Shown piece by piece: positions 25,156 through 45,700 of a DNA stretch of 64,000 nt. The stretch comes from Bugula neritina (taxonomy: Eukaryota; Animalia; Bryozoa): contig OZ037768.1 of assembly GCA_964035545.1 (NCBI GenBank), positions 8,030,741-8,094,740 of the forward strand, written 5' to 3'. The translations under genes and the position numbers were made by a program. Position 1 is the first letter of the stretch, and each line of letters opens with the position of its first letter. A model generated the notes under the pieces. The model did no database searches and was not told the DNA's origin. It saw only the letters and a list, made by a program, of their open reading frames with translations.

Positions 25156-28100
25156 ATGCGCCTTGGTGTATGTGCCTTAATTCTCATCATAGAAATCTGT
25201 GTAGGACTGAATAATGCATTTTCATCTAAGGAACTTCATTATAATAAAACCTCATTGGGCTATAAACACCAACCAAATGCTGAAACTCGAAGTTCAAAAA
25301 CAAATTCAGATAGATCAAGATATGAGCTGATTAAAATTTCTCTACAAGCTTCTCATCAGCCAGAAACTAATATTGTACATACATATACACTGAACTCACT
25401 TGACGATGTCAACAAGTTTAAAAGCAAAATGACTGAACTTAATGAAAACATACAGCTGACTATTATCAGAAGAAGTAGCTCGTCTCTGATTCTAAACTTA
25501 AAACACAGCCCACTACTAATTTCTAAAAATTTCTTTACAAAGTATTTTACTTCAAGTGGAGCTCCGGTTATCAAGAGTGCGGATGAACAGGATGTTGAGT
25601 TTGCACATTGTTTCTTCACTGGTGGTGTTCAAAATCAAGTGTATTCAATGGTTTCACTAAATTTATGTAATGGCGTCAAAGGTACTATAGAACTATTTAA
25701 CCGCGCATATAGGATAACACCAACGGTAATAAGTAACGAACTAAATCATCACTTGTACCTGATGAATACAACCAAGAGGAATGATGAGTTGAAAAAGTGT
25801 GGTACTAACGAGGCAGATTATTTTAGCAAAAACAAACCTTCAAACTATTCAATGCACTCTGTCAAAAATATAAATAAACGCCAAGTTAAGCTTCCAGCTG
25901 GCTACAGTTCAGTAACTCGTTATGTTGAAATGGTTGTTGTCATGGATAATAGTGAGTTTCGAAGAGCAGGCAGTATTGATGCTACAATTGTTAGAGCAAT
26001 GACTATGGTGAACTATGCAAACACCTTGTTAAGACAATTAGATATTTATATTGTAGTTGTTAGCATAGAGATCTGGAATGATAAAGACAAAATCCCGTAC
26101 TTCAACCATACGGAATATCCTGAAAGCGTCGATCATTCAAAACTTTTAGCAACCCTTAATAAATACCGACAGCATAAACTGAACTGGAATGTTCCTAATG
26201 ACAACATCCAACTATTTTCAACTTTAGATTTTGCAGGCAGCACAATAGGGTATGGTTCCGTTGAGGCAGTTTGTTCTCAGGCTTATAGTGGAGGTGTTAC
26301 ATCAGATTACATAGAAGAGAATCCTATTCGAGCAGCCACAACTATGGCACACGAATTTGGTCATAACCTGGGTTTGGGACACAGCAGCAACTTTAAAGAT
26401 GAAGCTTGCCAATGTGAAGACCCAATTGATCCAGAATTCACAAACTGTATCATGCATGCATCTTCATCTGGTATGCATTGCTTTTTTACTCAGTGGTATG
26501 AATTGATATTTAAAGGAATGCTAGCTAAGTTGTTATATAATGTGAAAATATAAAAAGCAAACACCTGCTTACACATTAATCATAAACAGTTTTAGTAGTA
26601 GCATAGCAATATTAGAAAAAAACTAACGCAAGTTTATCGTTGCTATCTTTGTGAGAAGTCCATGATATAAAGGGTTTTTTGTTAGATCGGGCTAAGAAAT
26701 TTTTTAAATGTGGCACAAGAGCAATTATTTCTGGATATTTTCCTTAAGATCACCATTGGCCTTTACTGGGGCTCGAACTAGGCAAACGCTCTAACCCCTA
26801 GACCACGTCTGCTCTCTAGCATAGCAATATTAGAATTGTTGTTAAATAAGTAATAAGTAAAACTGTAAAAAAATGCCCCCACATGAAAACTCAAGCTGCA
26901 TAGCTCAAATTTGCAATTTAGCAAGCTAACCATTACTCTATGGCAGCTACTAGAGCATTAAAAAATCCAGTTAAGCGGCTAGTTTTTGAGCTCTACCACC
27001 CCTCAACTTCCTAATGGGAATCACATGAAATTACTGCAAAAAATGTAAATTATTAATTTGGTGAACAGTGTCTACTTCCTAAATTGGAAATTATGAACGC
27101 TACACCTCGAAAGATGTAGCTTTGTTTTGCCTAATCTTAAGCACAATTCATACCCATGGGCTATTGCAATACTTGTGATTATGCTAAAGTGTTATCGTTA
27201 CTCAGGGCTCTACAGTGTGAAATTATGCATTACATGTGTATATAAATAAAAAGCTGCATTGGTATAAGGCATTTATAGTCAATTCATTTATAATAATTAG
27301 TAAGAAACTTGAGCACAAAAATACTTGATTTATCATATTGATATAAGATAATTATTGTTTTACCTAAAAATAATACAACAGTCATTCTAAAGTACTTTTA
27401 GAATCTCTTGAATTTGAAAAAGTAGCCTTTTCTTATTCAGTTTTCCATATTGCTGTAAATAAATATAATAATTATTTATCCAATATCAATATATCAATAT
27501 CAATCTTTGTTTCAGCATATAAACACTCTGTGAGGTGGTCTTCTTGTAACAGAGCAAAAATTTTAAAGTTTGCTGAACACAACCTCTATCAGTGTCTTGA
27601 AAACATTCCAGAAACATTAGTAACGAGTAATAAAAACACTGCATTCTGTGGCAATTTCTTTGTTGAAGCAGGTAAGATTGTGAGAGTATGTTTAAAATAT
27701 CTTAAATGTCCACATCAATGTGGTGACAACTTATTACTATATTTAAGTAAATTGTGAACACAACATAATTATGTTAGTTCCTCAATTTTACTACGCTCTC
27801 TTTATCTTTTTAAATAAGTATTTTACAAAATAATAATTTTTAATCTAGATATACTGCTTGAATTATTTGGTACTAATGATAATAAAATGAATATAAATTA
27901 AATAACTAGGTGAGGGATATGCCTTAATACACTGTTTAGCAAAATGAGAATATCATATTATTGTAGTATTATAGCATTATTATACTGATTATTATAAATG
28001 AATTTTGTAGTTGTAACTTATGAAATACAATTTAGCAGAAATTTGCCCAAAATAGCGTTGTAGTTTTGTGCACTACTAGATTTAGTGTTATTGTGTGATA

Positions 28101-31100
28101 GTAACTACTGCATGTCCACTGTGAGGTTATGCGAGAAACCGAACAGGTAGATCATGAAACGAGAGAATTTTATTTAGATAAAAGATACGCAAGTAAAAGT
28201 GAGATACATGAACGAGAAAAATATACAAGAGTTAGCGTGATTACATATATAGTTATCCTGATAGCTACTGGTACTGTGGGCACCGGAAGGCGTTGCTTAT
28301 AAGTGTGTGATTGCCCCTGATTGGTTGACATAGATCTATTGTCCATATTAACTGAAAGTGCCGCCGCATGGAGACGGCATGACTGGAAGTAGAGACGGCA
28401 TGACTGGAAGTAGAGACGGCATGACTGGAAGTAGAGACGGCATGACTGGAAGTAGAGACGGCATGACTGGAAGTAGAGACGGCATGACTTAAAGTTGCCG
28501 TTCCTGACCATAATCTATTACACTAGGTTTATCAGGGGACACTGGGGGGGGAGGGGTGTACTTAACCACTAGCCATTACACCAGTTCGACAGTTATGTAT
28601 TCTTGGTCAGAGCTAAAGTCCTTAAAGGAGGTTTTGAAGATCAAAGGCTTTAGGCCTACTTCTTGTTTTACTGTGCTATATACTTTAACACATATATACC
28701 TAATATGAACTCATGCATGTTATTAATTGTCATTAGTTGGCAAATCACAGTTCAGTTATAACACTCCATGGAATTTTATTTACTATTTGCTTAAAGTAAT
28801 AGAATGAATAAGTTTACACATTTACACAAATTTTTGTTCCTGATCAATAGTTCTGTTGATTACATAACCTTCATACGTGATGCAGTAATTGATAACATAC
28901 AAGCTAGCAGACCTACAAGCTATGGTTTCTGAAAACTATAACAATATTGTCATTTATAGTTGGCAAGTCACACTCCAGTCATAACATTTGAAGTAGGTAT
29001 TTTATTTTTAGTCGCTTAGAGTAGTACAATGAATAAGTTTATACATTTCTTTTATTTAGCATATGTTTACCTGAACAGGTAGAACCAAGCCTGTCTGGAA
29101 ATATAGAATATAATTTTTATATTCAGATATATTTTATAGAAGAAGAGTGTGACTGTGGCCTACTAGAGTATTGTCAGAGTAATTGTTGTGACCCAACAAC
29201 CTGTAAACTACACAGTAATGCTACATGTGCTACAGGTAAATAATTATCTCAGCTCATTACTGATATGCTGACTATTTCTATATAGCATTATTATGAAGAT
29301 TAAAAATTCTTTGCTAATTAAGTACTTCATTTATCCATCATTGTATCACACAGGATCCTGCTGTGACCTTGAGACATGTACTGTTCGTCCAATTTCATAC
29401 CCATGTCGTTCAGTACAAGATTCACAGTGTGATCTACCTGAAACATGTGACGGGGATAGTGAATGGTGTCCCATAGATACATATAAACGTGATGGAACTG
29501 AGTGTACAAACGTAGAACAAGGCTATTGCCATGAAGGGAAATGTAATACCCACAGTTCTCAGTGCCAGCTCATTTGGGGTGTGGAGATTGGAGCTAAGAA
29601 GTCAGATGATTTTTGTTACAAGAAAAGCAACAATGCCAGTATGATAAATTAATACCTTCAGAAAAATATTTTTCTGCTGACTACCATAAATACAAAGCAG
29701 TATCATGTTTTTAGCCTTCAAAGATTTTCTGTTAGCAGTCATAACTGATACATTAATTAAATCTTTTTTGTTAAAAGTTTATACAATTCTGTTAGAAATT
29801 TAAATATTTATATCCTGACTCATGCAGAGAAAGTTTTAGATGGTCGATTGGTTGCTTAACTTGGTAGAATTTTCATGTTGACTTGTCCAAGTTAAAGTTC
29901 TCTCCAACTTGATATACAATTTAAAAAAACAATGTCACTCTTTCCATTAGCTGGTCTCAAAAATTACAATAGGTATAAAATCAAATCAAATTTAAATTTA
30001 ATTGAGAGTGTGTTTAAAACTATATATTTATAAAATAATCTCCCCCACCGGGATTGGAACCACAGATCTTCGGTTTGCAAGCAAGTGGGCTAACCAATTG
30101 CACCACTAGGGCTGCTGGGTCAACTCAACACCACAATATTTTACAAAAATGGTAATATATCTTTCAACAAGAAAAGGTTATCAAAACATTTGACACGTAG
30201 TTTTAAAAATACTTACAAGTTTCAGCTCAAACAATGACTCATTAAATGTTTTTCGTTAGTGATGGTTACTTTGTAGCCACTAAACGGTTTTGTAGGTCGG
30301 CATTTTGGAAACTGTGGATGGGAAACTAAACCACAAGAGTCTTTATCAACTACAGTAGCCTATGGAAAACAAACATTTAAAAGCTGTGAAACAGAAAATG
30401 ACAAGTTTTGTGGATTGCTACACTGCTACATTGACGCTGAATCTGCCAAAGATGCGAATGAAATTGACCTAAAGATTAAAAACTATGCAACTTTCAAGTA
30501 TATGCGTATATATAAAGGAAAAAAGTGTGCTGTGACTTCCTTTGATGTTGGTAAGAAAGATTGCATGTTTTAATATTAGTGACACTTATGTAGAGCCTTT
30601 GTGAACAAAAAGAAGTTGTTCTTTTCACATATAAGTACCTATAGCTCGTATTTAAATAATCAAATATAACTAAATGGCATATACTATCAGCTATATGCGT
30701 ATAATTAAAACATAAATTTCACATTATAATATCAATCTTTAAATTTTCTATACTACGCTTTTCCAATAGCAAATGTTTGACTGATTGCATTAGAGTTTAT
30801 ACTTAGCATTAGGTATAACCTAGAAGCTTTGCTGAATATCTTTTACATACTGCATAATATATGCATTACTAAAATTATAAGGCCACACATTTATTTAATA
30901 GATATTCCAGTTGTGCATTTTTTTATTTTAGGTTTATATGCACATGATCCTGGTCAGGTGCCAAATGGAGCAAAATGTGCCAACAACAGTATGTGTGTCA
31001 ACTCCAAGTGTGTCTCTGTACCTCAACAACCTGAGTCATGTGACTGTAATGGTAGAGGTGTCTGTAACCAGCTCAATCAATGTCATTGTGACATAGGCTG

Positions 31101-32486
31101 GGCTCCACCAGACTGCAAACGAAGAGGAAGGGGTGGTTCTCTTGCCAGCCAACCAACTGTTATTTTAAAACCACAGCTATCTTTAATAGCAGGTAATGGT
31201 GATGCTCGGTTGCCCGCAATCTAGCAGTATAGTCACTTGCTCTTTCATTGTAGAAATTTGACAAAATATATTTTCTCAGCTTTAAAACTTGATAAAGTAA
31301 TTCCTTGCAGTTCAGGTTTTGACCAAAGTGTAGCAAAAATATTATGAAAGGAACTTTAAAGATAGTTCAAATAAGAAAGCAAATACCTGTCAGATTTAAC
31401 TTAAAGCTACTGATTGTCTTAAGAGCCTAATTTCTTATCACGTGAGCTTTTGGTTGAAGGTCTGGCATCTTTCCTTGGTGTTGCACTGATGACAGTTGTT
31501 GCCATAGCGATAGGATACAGACGTAAAACAGATATTAAACAATTTTTCACCAAACATCACAGGTTTTTAACTTAGCTTTAGCTCTATAGTTATAACTACA
31601 AAATTAGATTACTTAATTCTTTATTGAAGTTTAATAAATTGCAAATTTCCTAACTATAATTAATGTCATTTCAAAATTAAACGGTTAGGTAATTGGCCAA
31701 TAATTTCTAATTAACTTTGAAAAAAATTACATATGTGTCTGAAATTAACTAACTCAAGTATCAGTACTAAATGTAACATTTAAAACACCTAATATTGCTT
31801 TTCGTTGTCTTTCATAAGTAGCAAAGCACCTACTAAAAATATTCTTTTCTAGAAAGTTCCAATCAAAAATAAAATCAATATTTCAGAAGTGAATTAATCA
31901 GTATGTTTGCCATAACTAAGCTTCGCTGTCATCATATTATAAAGGTCATGCTCGCTGACCACTAAAACAGACTATTAAATCACAGTTTTTACTGTTTTAG
32001 GAAGAAGAATAAATTGAATTTTCACCAAACTCCACCAGATAAGTCAGCGTCTGCAACTCCTGATCACCTTGCTGTCCTTAAGCAACCAAAGTATTCAACT
32101 AGTGCAAGTAAAAATAGTGATGTGACAACTCTAAACCAGGCAAAACTAATTCCCAGCAAACGTAAGTGTTTTCTTCTTCTTTTCTATGTTATAAGTAGTA
32201 CAATGGCTGTCAAAGAAAGGGGCTTAGTTTATGTCCAATGAACCACTTTGACTTTCACATATACTTCTACATATTAAGTTTATGGCACTCCATACAAATT
32301 GGTTGTCCTAAAATTTGACATAATATCTGTCAAGACTTTGTTTTAACAGCTACTCCTACAGAGAAGCCACTAAGCACTATAAATATGTCTCCTCAAATGG
32401 CTTCATCTAGAAGTAAATCTAAGCGGTTAGAGCCAACTTCTAATTCACCTTCAAAGCCTAAACGAAAAAGATCCAAAGTTAAATAA
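25156..32486 (+). CDS. ADAM metalloprotease, tandem copy 3
   Basis: Exons 25156-26470, 27516-27671, 29140-29235, 29354-29638, 30296-30550, 30932-31192, 31460-31562, 32001-32161, 32350-32486. [14 protein letters not shown]; same architecture as copies 1 and 2. Confidence 0.92.
26618..26816 (-). mobile_element. tRNA-derived SINE (same family as 9121-9304) with 19-bp TSD
   Basis: Similar to 9121-9304, with a deletion in the tRNA head. TAGCATAGCAATATTAGAA is repeated at 26599-26617 and 26817-26835. Absent from the paralogous introns of copies 2 and 5. Confidence 0.8.
28371..28489. repeat. 21-bp minisatellite (GAGACGGCATGACTGGAAGTA) x5.7
   Basis: Five perfect units plus a partial, no spacers; lies in a ~530-bp insertion specific to copy 3. 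Confidence 0.95.
30041..30115 (-). mobile_element. tRNA-like SINE head / tRNA pseudogene inserted in intron of copy 3
   Basis: Minus strand AGTGGTGCAATTGGTTAGC (A box) and GTGGTTCCAATCCC (degenerate B box); missing from the paralogous intron of copy 2. Confidence 0.6.
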
Positions 32487-33901
32487 AAATCCTTACAAGA
32501 ATAAGATACAAGATGCGGTATAATAGCAGAATTACTGTTTAAATTGAAGAGTTTATTGTAGATGATTATTGCAAAAGTTTATAATATAAGACTGTAAGCT
32601 GTTTAATATATTATAAGCTCTTAAATCTACATTTTAGTATTTTCTACATAGCGTGTAGCATTATTTAAGTTCTAATATATAATGCACATTCGACATAATA
32701 TTTCTGTTGCTGTTCATCATAACATCACGTAATTTAACGACATGGTATTTTCAACTACATAGTTTTTTGTAACTGTGTCTAATGTTACATGTAAATGCAT
32801 GTTTTTATACATTTTCGGGTGTGACTTTTCTTGTCATACAATAAAGCAAACTACAATAAAGTTAAACATGTTGATTATTTATTGTGTCGTAATAATGCAT
32901 AATTTAAGAGAAGCAAGCATCTGTCAGGGTTGACAGTGCACATGCATGTTGAGTACATAAAAAGATGAATAAAATGGTATAACAATGACAAGAAATAAAT
33001 AAGAATGAGATAATAAAACGCTAAACAATAACTGCAAATAATAATGCATGTAATTTAGGTTGTGAGTAAGTGAGTGAGTGAATGAGTGGGTGCAAATCAC
33101 AAAACAAATAGAAGTTGTTTTTTACAGCTCGAAATTTCTTCCATGTAACTTATACATGTGCTATTTAGAACTGCAAAAACAATTAATATTTAGTAGTTAG
33201 TTATTTTGTACTTCAGACTTACCACAATACTCTCACCTTCATTAGGATTCACCATGTAAATAGCTGCAATATATTATGTCTACCAGATTCCATGTTTCAC
33301 TATACTTCTTGCAACCATTGAACATCTGTTTTAAATAAGCTAGCAAGCAATATATGCTTATAGTTATACGGCCAAATCAGGCTCATATATAAAAAGAAAT
33401 AACAATAACTCATGCATTCAACATAATAATATGCTAATATGTATATCTCTACAATTTTCAGTTAGGTTTTTCTGCTATTACCATTGTTGGCACGACTGTA
33501 AGAGATAAAAACAGCAAGTAATAAAGGCAACAAAATATTAGTTTTGATCACTTAAGTTTTAAAACTTGGGGAGTGTATTTTCAAAAACTATTTGATATCC
33601 TCTGGTAGGAAACTAATTACAATTCAACTGGATTTACAATTACAAGACAATAATTAGAATTCAAATATGGTGATTAAACTTAAATAGGAGCCGAAATAAG
33701 GTAAATAAACATTATCTCTTTAGAGTGATGGAAGTGCATATAAGCTATTTTTTTAAAGTCACGGCATAGTAACTGAAATAAATATAATTTTTATTTTTCA
33801 TGAGTTAGAGTCTTTGTATGAATCATAAGTATGTGTCTTTTCAAAATCATGTTTAATAATTAATACATTGATGAATGAGAAGAGGTTTTTGTTAAGCCTG
33901 A

Positions 33902-33962
33902 AGAGTTAAAGTAAGGTTCCTTTGCTTAATAATATTAAGCAAAGGAACCTTACTTTAACTCT
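33902..33962. repeat. Perfect 30-bp-arm palindrome
   Basis: AGAGTTAAAGTAAGGTTCCTTTGCTTAATA, 1-nt spacer, then the exact reverse complement. Confidence 0.93.
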
Positions 33963-34408
33963 GGAAATATTATTTGACATCACCTCAGAACCCCTTTTCA
34001 GTTCCAGGTTTTCTAATCCATCTCACCACAAAATATCTACATGTTACTCTGAAGAGGTTTACCATCTAAGCATTAACAGTAGCAACAAGTTTTAATCTTG
34101 TAGGTTAAAAACTCTGAATATTCAGCTGCATAGTGATGAATCCTCTGTATTAAACTAACTTTTGTTTTAATTTTAAGATGTATTATTATCATTTATATTA
34201 AAGAGCTAAAAAAATGGTTTATGAAGTATGTAATGACAGTTTGTCTATAATCTATATGGTATATAAGCAACTATATGATTATTTATTTTTATTTTATAGG
34301 ATACATGGATGTTATGGGTGTTGACAAAAGATAACAGAACTAGAAGTTCACTATATCTATATATGTAAATTATACATTTTTTGTTATAATTAAGAATTGA
34401 ATAACAAG

Positions 34409-40908
<6,500 letters not shown>

Positions 40909-42738
40909 TAAGATATTTGTTATAATTTTAAGCTTTTCAATAAATTCTCTTTTATTCAAATAATCTAAACTTTTTTATAATATTCAATAAAAAATGTAAA
41001 TTGTGCTAAAAATAAATATTATGATGTGCCTTCCTTAATGTGTTAAAGTAAATAACTGTGGTAAATATCAAGAGTTATCCCCCTTGACACATAAATTATG
41101 GCTATTTGTCTAAATACTGTAGTTATAGCTAAGTCTGTGGCGTAACTTTCTAATACCTTAAATACTATGGTTATTGTTGAGCTTTTAGCATAGTAAATAG
41201 TTAATTCTTTTTCCCCCAATTACGAGTTACAATATGCATACATTTGGTTGGGTTCATTTTTCTTGATTCATGTAAACCGACAGTTGGAACGAGTTCGGCA
41301 GGTGGATGCTGGCATAGGGTCTGTGTGGTTAGCGATGACAAATGTCGCCATTTCCTGCCGAATGTTGGCCTGCTGTCGGTGGAAAGTTCTAGAAGTCCTT
41401 TGTTCTACTAGTATGAAAGACTGAAGCTCAGACTAGATACATCTCATCTACAATAAAGGATACTGTACACACACGAATTCAACACTCTCTCGTGTCTCTC
41501 CTATAACAAGGAATTATGTTCTCTGCCTGATTTCATTCTATAACCCACAAAACTACTACACAACTACACCTGCATCATTATTTCTAAAATAATGAAGTAG
41601 AAACTGCATCATTTTGCATTATTATATTAATATCAGTCTGATTATAGATTTGTATTAGATAATCCTTGACACACTCAATGCAGTAGTAAGATATTCACAT
41701 ATATCATAATGATCATCTATAACAGAATGTTTGAGAGTTGTATGTTCTAACAATATAATTTTATAATAATAACAGACGTGTCTTGCATTGATTCTCAATT
41801 TCTGTTGATTGCTGATGATGTTCCCAACTGGCTCTGAAATCTGTTGTTTCATAGAACTAATTATTACTAATTATTATACTAACTTTCATTTCATGCTATT
41901 CTGAGCTGCTGCGAGACACAGCATTCCACAAAGCTGCATGCTTCAAAGTTTAGAGTGATTCATTGCTTTACAAGAAGCCAAACATGGTTTTGGTTGTAAA
42001 AGACTTGAACTTCAACTAATTTAGATTAATGAAAATTAATCAGCTGTTCTCAATGACCATTGTTGGCACTGAATAACTGTAATTTATATTGTTAGTCTGA
42101 TTGAATTATACAAAATATTACACTAGCATTAGTTTCCTCCCTTCCGGTTTAAAGGGCGGTAGTGAAATGCTGCTTAACATTAATTTTCAATCCTCTGGCA
42201 GGAACAGATAATAGTCAGCCATACTCATTGATTATTGAGGTAATTTAGCAGTTTATCCAGTAATCTTATTATTTAAATTCATAATATTTGAATTAGTATC
42301 TTCATATATAAAAGTCATCAATGTATTTGGCAAATTATATTCCCTTTAACACAATTAACTGCAACAACATTTAAATTAAACAGTGACAAAAGAGAACAAA
42401 CAGCTGCCAAACCACATGACTGGACTAGCTCTTATTTTACTTTCTAGTTTTTTCAATATTAAAAACAATTTATTCAATATGGTTATAAATTAATAACTTC
42501 TCGTACTATGAAAAACTGAAAATAATATACATAAAAACACACAATGTGTGTGTACTTTAAAACTGCAGGGCTACTTAAAGCTAAGATAAATAAGCTTTTA
42601 TTGTTATGATGTTTTACAGGAGACATTCAACATTGCAAATGAACCAACATTGGTCAGGATTTTCTAGAAGACATATTCTACAAATAGTACAAACGTTTAG
42701 AGAAGATTTTAGCATTTTGATTAAGTGCATTGCCAGAA

Positions 42739-45700
42739 ATGCTGTGTCACAATTTGTACAATGCAGTATTTTTTCTCAGACTATGCATTGCTGCTTTCCC
42801 AAAGCATGACAGCTTTGATTATAAAAAGCATATAAAAAGTCAAAGCTCAGATAAATCAAGAGATGAGCTAGTTAAGATTTCTCTACAAGCTTCTCATCAG
42901 CTAGAAACTAATATTGTACATACATATACACTGAACTCACTTGAAGATGTCAACAAGTTTAAAAGCGAAATGACTGAACTTAGTGAAAACATACAGCTGA
43001 CTATTATCAGAAGAAGTAGCTCGTCCCTGATTCTAAACTTAAAACACAGCCCACTACTAATTTCTAAAAATTTCTTTAAAAAGTATTTTACTTCAAGTGG
43101 AGCTCCGGTTATCAAGAGTGCGGATGAACAGGATGTTGAGCTTGCACATTGTTTCTTCACCGGTAATGTTCAAAATCAAGTGTATTCAATGGTTTCACTA
43201 AATTTATGTAATGGAGTCAAAGGTACTATAGAGCTATCTAACCACACATATATGATAACACCAATGGTCATAAGTGACAAACTAAGTCATCACTTGTACC
43301 TGATGAATACAGGCAACAGGAATGATGAGTTGAAAAAGTGTGGTACCGAAGGAGCACACTATTTTAGCAAAAGCAAATTTTTGAACAATTCAATACACTT
43401 TGTCAAAAATATAAAGAAACGCCAAGTTAGGCCACCAGCTGGCTACAGTTCAGTAACCCGTTATGTTGAACAGATTGTTGTCATGGATAATAGTCAGTTT
43501 CGAAGAGCAGGCAGTATTGATGCCACAATTGTTAGAGCAATGACTATGGTGAACCATGCAAGCACTTTGTTGAGGCAATTAGATATCTACATTGTAGTTG
43601 TTAGCATAGAGATCTGGAATGATTATAACAAAATCCCGTACTTTAATCACACGGATTATCCAGAAAGCATCCATCACGGAAAACTTTTAGCAACCCTTAA
43701 TAAATACCGACAGCATAAACTGAACTGGAATGTTCCTAATGACAACATCCAACTATTTTCAACTTTAGACTTTGCAGGCAGCACAATAGGTTTAGCTTCA
43801 ATAGAGGCAATTTGTTCTCAGGCTTATAGTGGAGGTATTACCTCAGACTACATAGAAGAGAATCCTATTCGAGCAGCCACAGTTATGGCACACGAATTTG
43901 GTCACAACCTGGGTTTGGGACATAGCGACATTTTTGAAGACGAAGCTTGCCAATGTGAAGATCCAATTAATCCAGAATTCACAGACTGTATCATGCATTC
44001 ATCTTCATCCGGTATGTATTGCCTCTTTACTAAGTGGTATGAATTGATATTTTAAATGATCCTAGGCTGTTTTGTAATATGAAAATGTAAAAGTAAACAT
44101 TTTTAGTTTAGATCATCGCCTGCTTATACATTACACAAAACAAAAACAGTTTTATAGAATTTTTGTTAAAAGTAGTAAATAACGCTGTAAAAAAACTGCC
44201 TCCATTAAAAAAAGCCAAACTAAATGGCTCAAACTAGTAAGTCAGTAAGCTAACCATTACGCTATGAGGGCTACTAGAGAAGATCAAAGCAGCAAATTTT
44301 ATTCAGTTGTCCAAAAACACACTGGCTCCCCGATTATTTCTAGCTGCTAGTTTTTAGGCTCCATGAGTTCTTCAATTTCCTATACTGAGAATCAGATCAT
44401 GACAGAAAGATGTAAATTAATGAAATGATACATAATATAGTATCTATACTCTCTAAAATGAAAATTATGAAAGTCACACATAAAAGAGATATAGCATTGT
44501 ATTGCTTAATTTTAAGCACATTCTACAGTACATGTATTGTATGGCTATACTTGCAACTATGCTAAAGTGTATACTCAGGGCTCTACAGTTTAAAGCAACG
44601 TATTGTAAGTGTATACAAAAAATCGCATTGATGGGCCTTAGTCAATTTATTTATAAAATTATTAATTAAAAACTTGATCATAAAAACATTGCTTGTAATT
44701 CATATTGATAGATGTTTATTGTGTTTACTTAAAGATAACAAGATAGTCATTTTGAAGTACTTTTGGAATTTCTTGAATTTGAAAAAGTAGCTTTTCCTTA
44801 TTCGGCACACCATATTGTTGTAACACAATTAACAGAATAACCTTTAAACTCCCCGATTAACCTTTGTTTCAGAATACCAGCTCTCTGTAAGGTGGTCTTC
44901 TTGTAACAGAGCCCAAATTTTGAAGTTAGCTGAAGGCAACCTCTACCAGTGTCTTGAAAACATTCCAGAAACATTGGCAAAAAGTAGCAGAAACACTGCA
45001 TTCTGTGGCAATTTCTTTGTTGAAGAAGGTAAGATTGTGAAAAATTGAGAAATTGTTTAAAGTATTTTACGTGTCTGCATCAATGCTGTGAAAACTTTGT
45101 TACTATTTGAATAAATTTTGCACATAACATGTTGACCTTTTAGTTTCATCACACTCGCACTATTTTTATTATTTCAAATATGCGCACTTTAAAACATGAT
45201 ATTTTTAAACTAACAATAGTACCTAAAATATTGGATACTAATGATGTTGAAATGAACAAATATTTAATTATGCCAAGGATATGCTTCAATACACTGTTCA
45301 ACATAATAGCCTAGCTTACTATATTGTGTGTATTATAACATTTCCATATTGATTATTATAAAGGAATTTTGTGATTGTAATGTACGAAATACAACTTAGC
45401 AGAAACTTGCCCAAAACAGCCTGACAGTTGTGTTTATACCTCTGCTGAACTTTTTATATTCAGATGTATTTTATAGAAGAAGAGTGTGACTGTGGCCTAC
45501 CAGAGTTTTGTCAGAGTAATTGTTGCGATCCAACAACATGTAAACTACACAGCAATGCTACATGCGCTACAGGTAAATAATTATCTCAGCTCACTACTGA
45601 TACGTTGACTATTTCAATATCACAGTATGGTGATGATTAAAAATTTCTTGCTAAGTGCTTCATTTATCCACCATATTGTATCACACAGGATCCTGCTGTG

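Noticed and set aside
28371-28489. CRISPR-like array / SCRLYFQ repeat ORF 28170-28511
   Set aside because: Head-to-tail units with no spacers, eukaryotic intron, no cas genes; the ORF is a by-product of the repeat.
30041-30115. Functional tRNA gene
   Set aside because: Anticodon stem pairs poorly and the B box is degenerate; it behaves as an insertion relative to copy 2.
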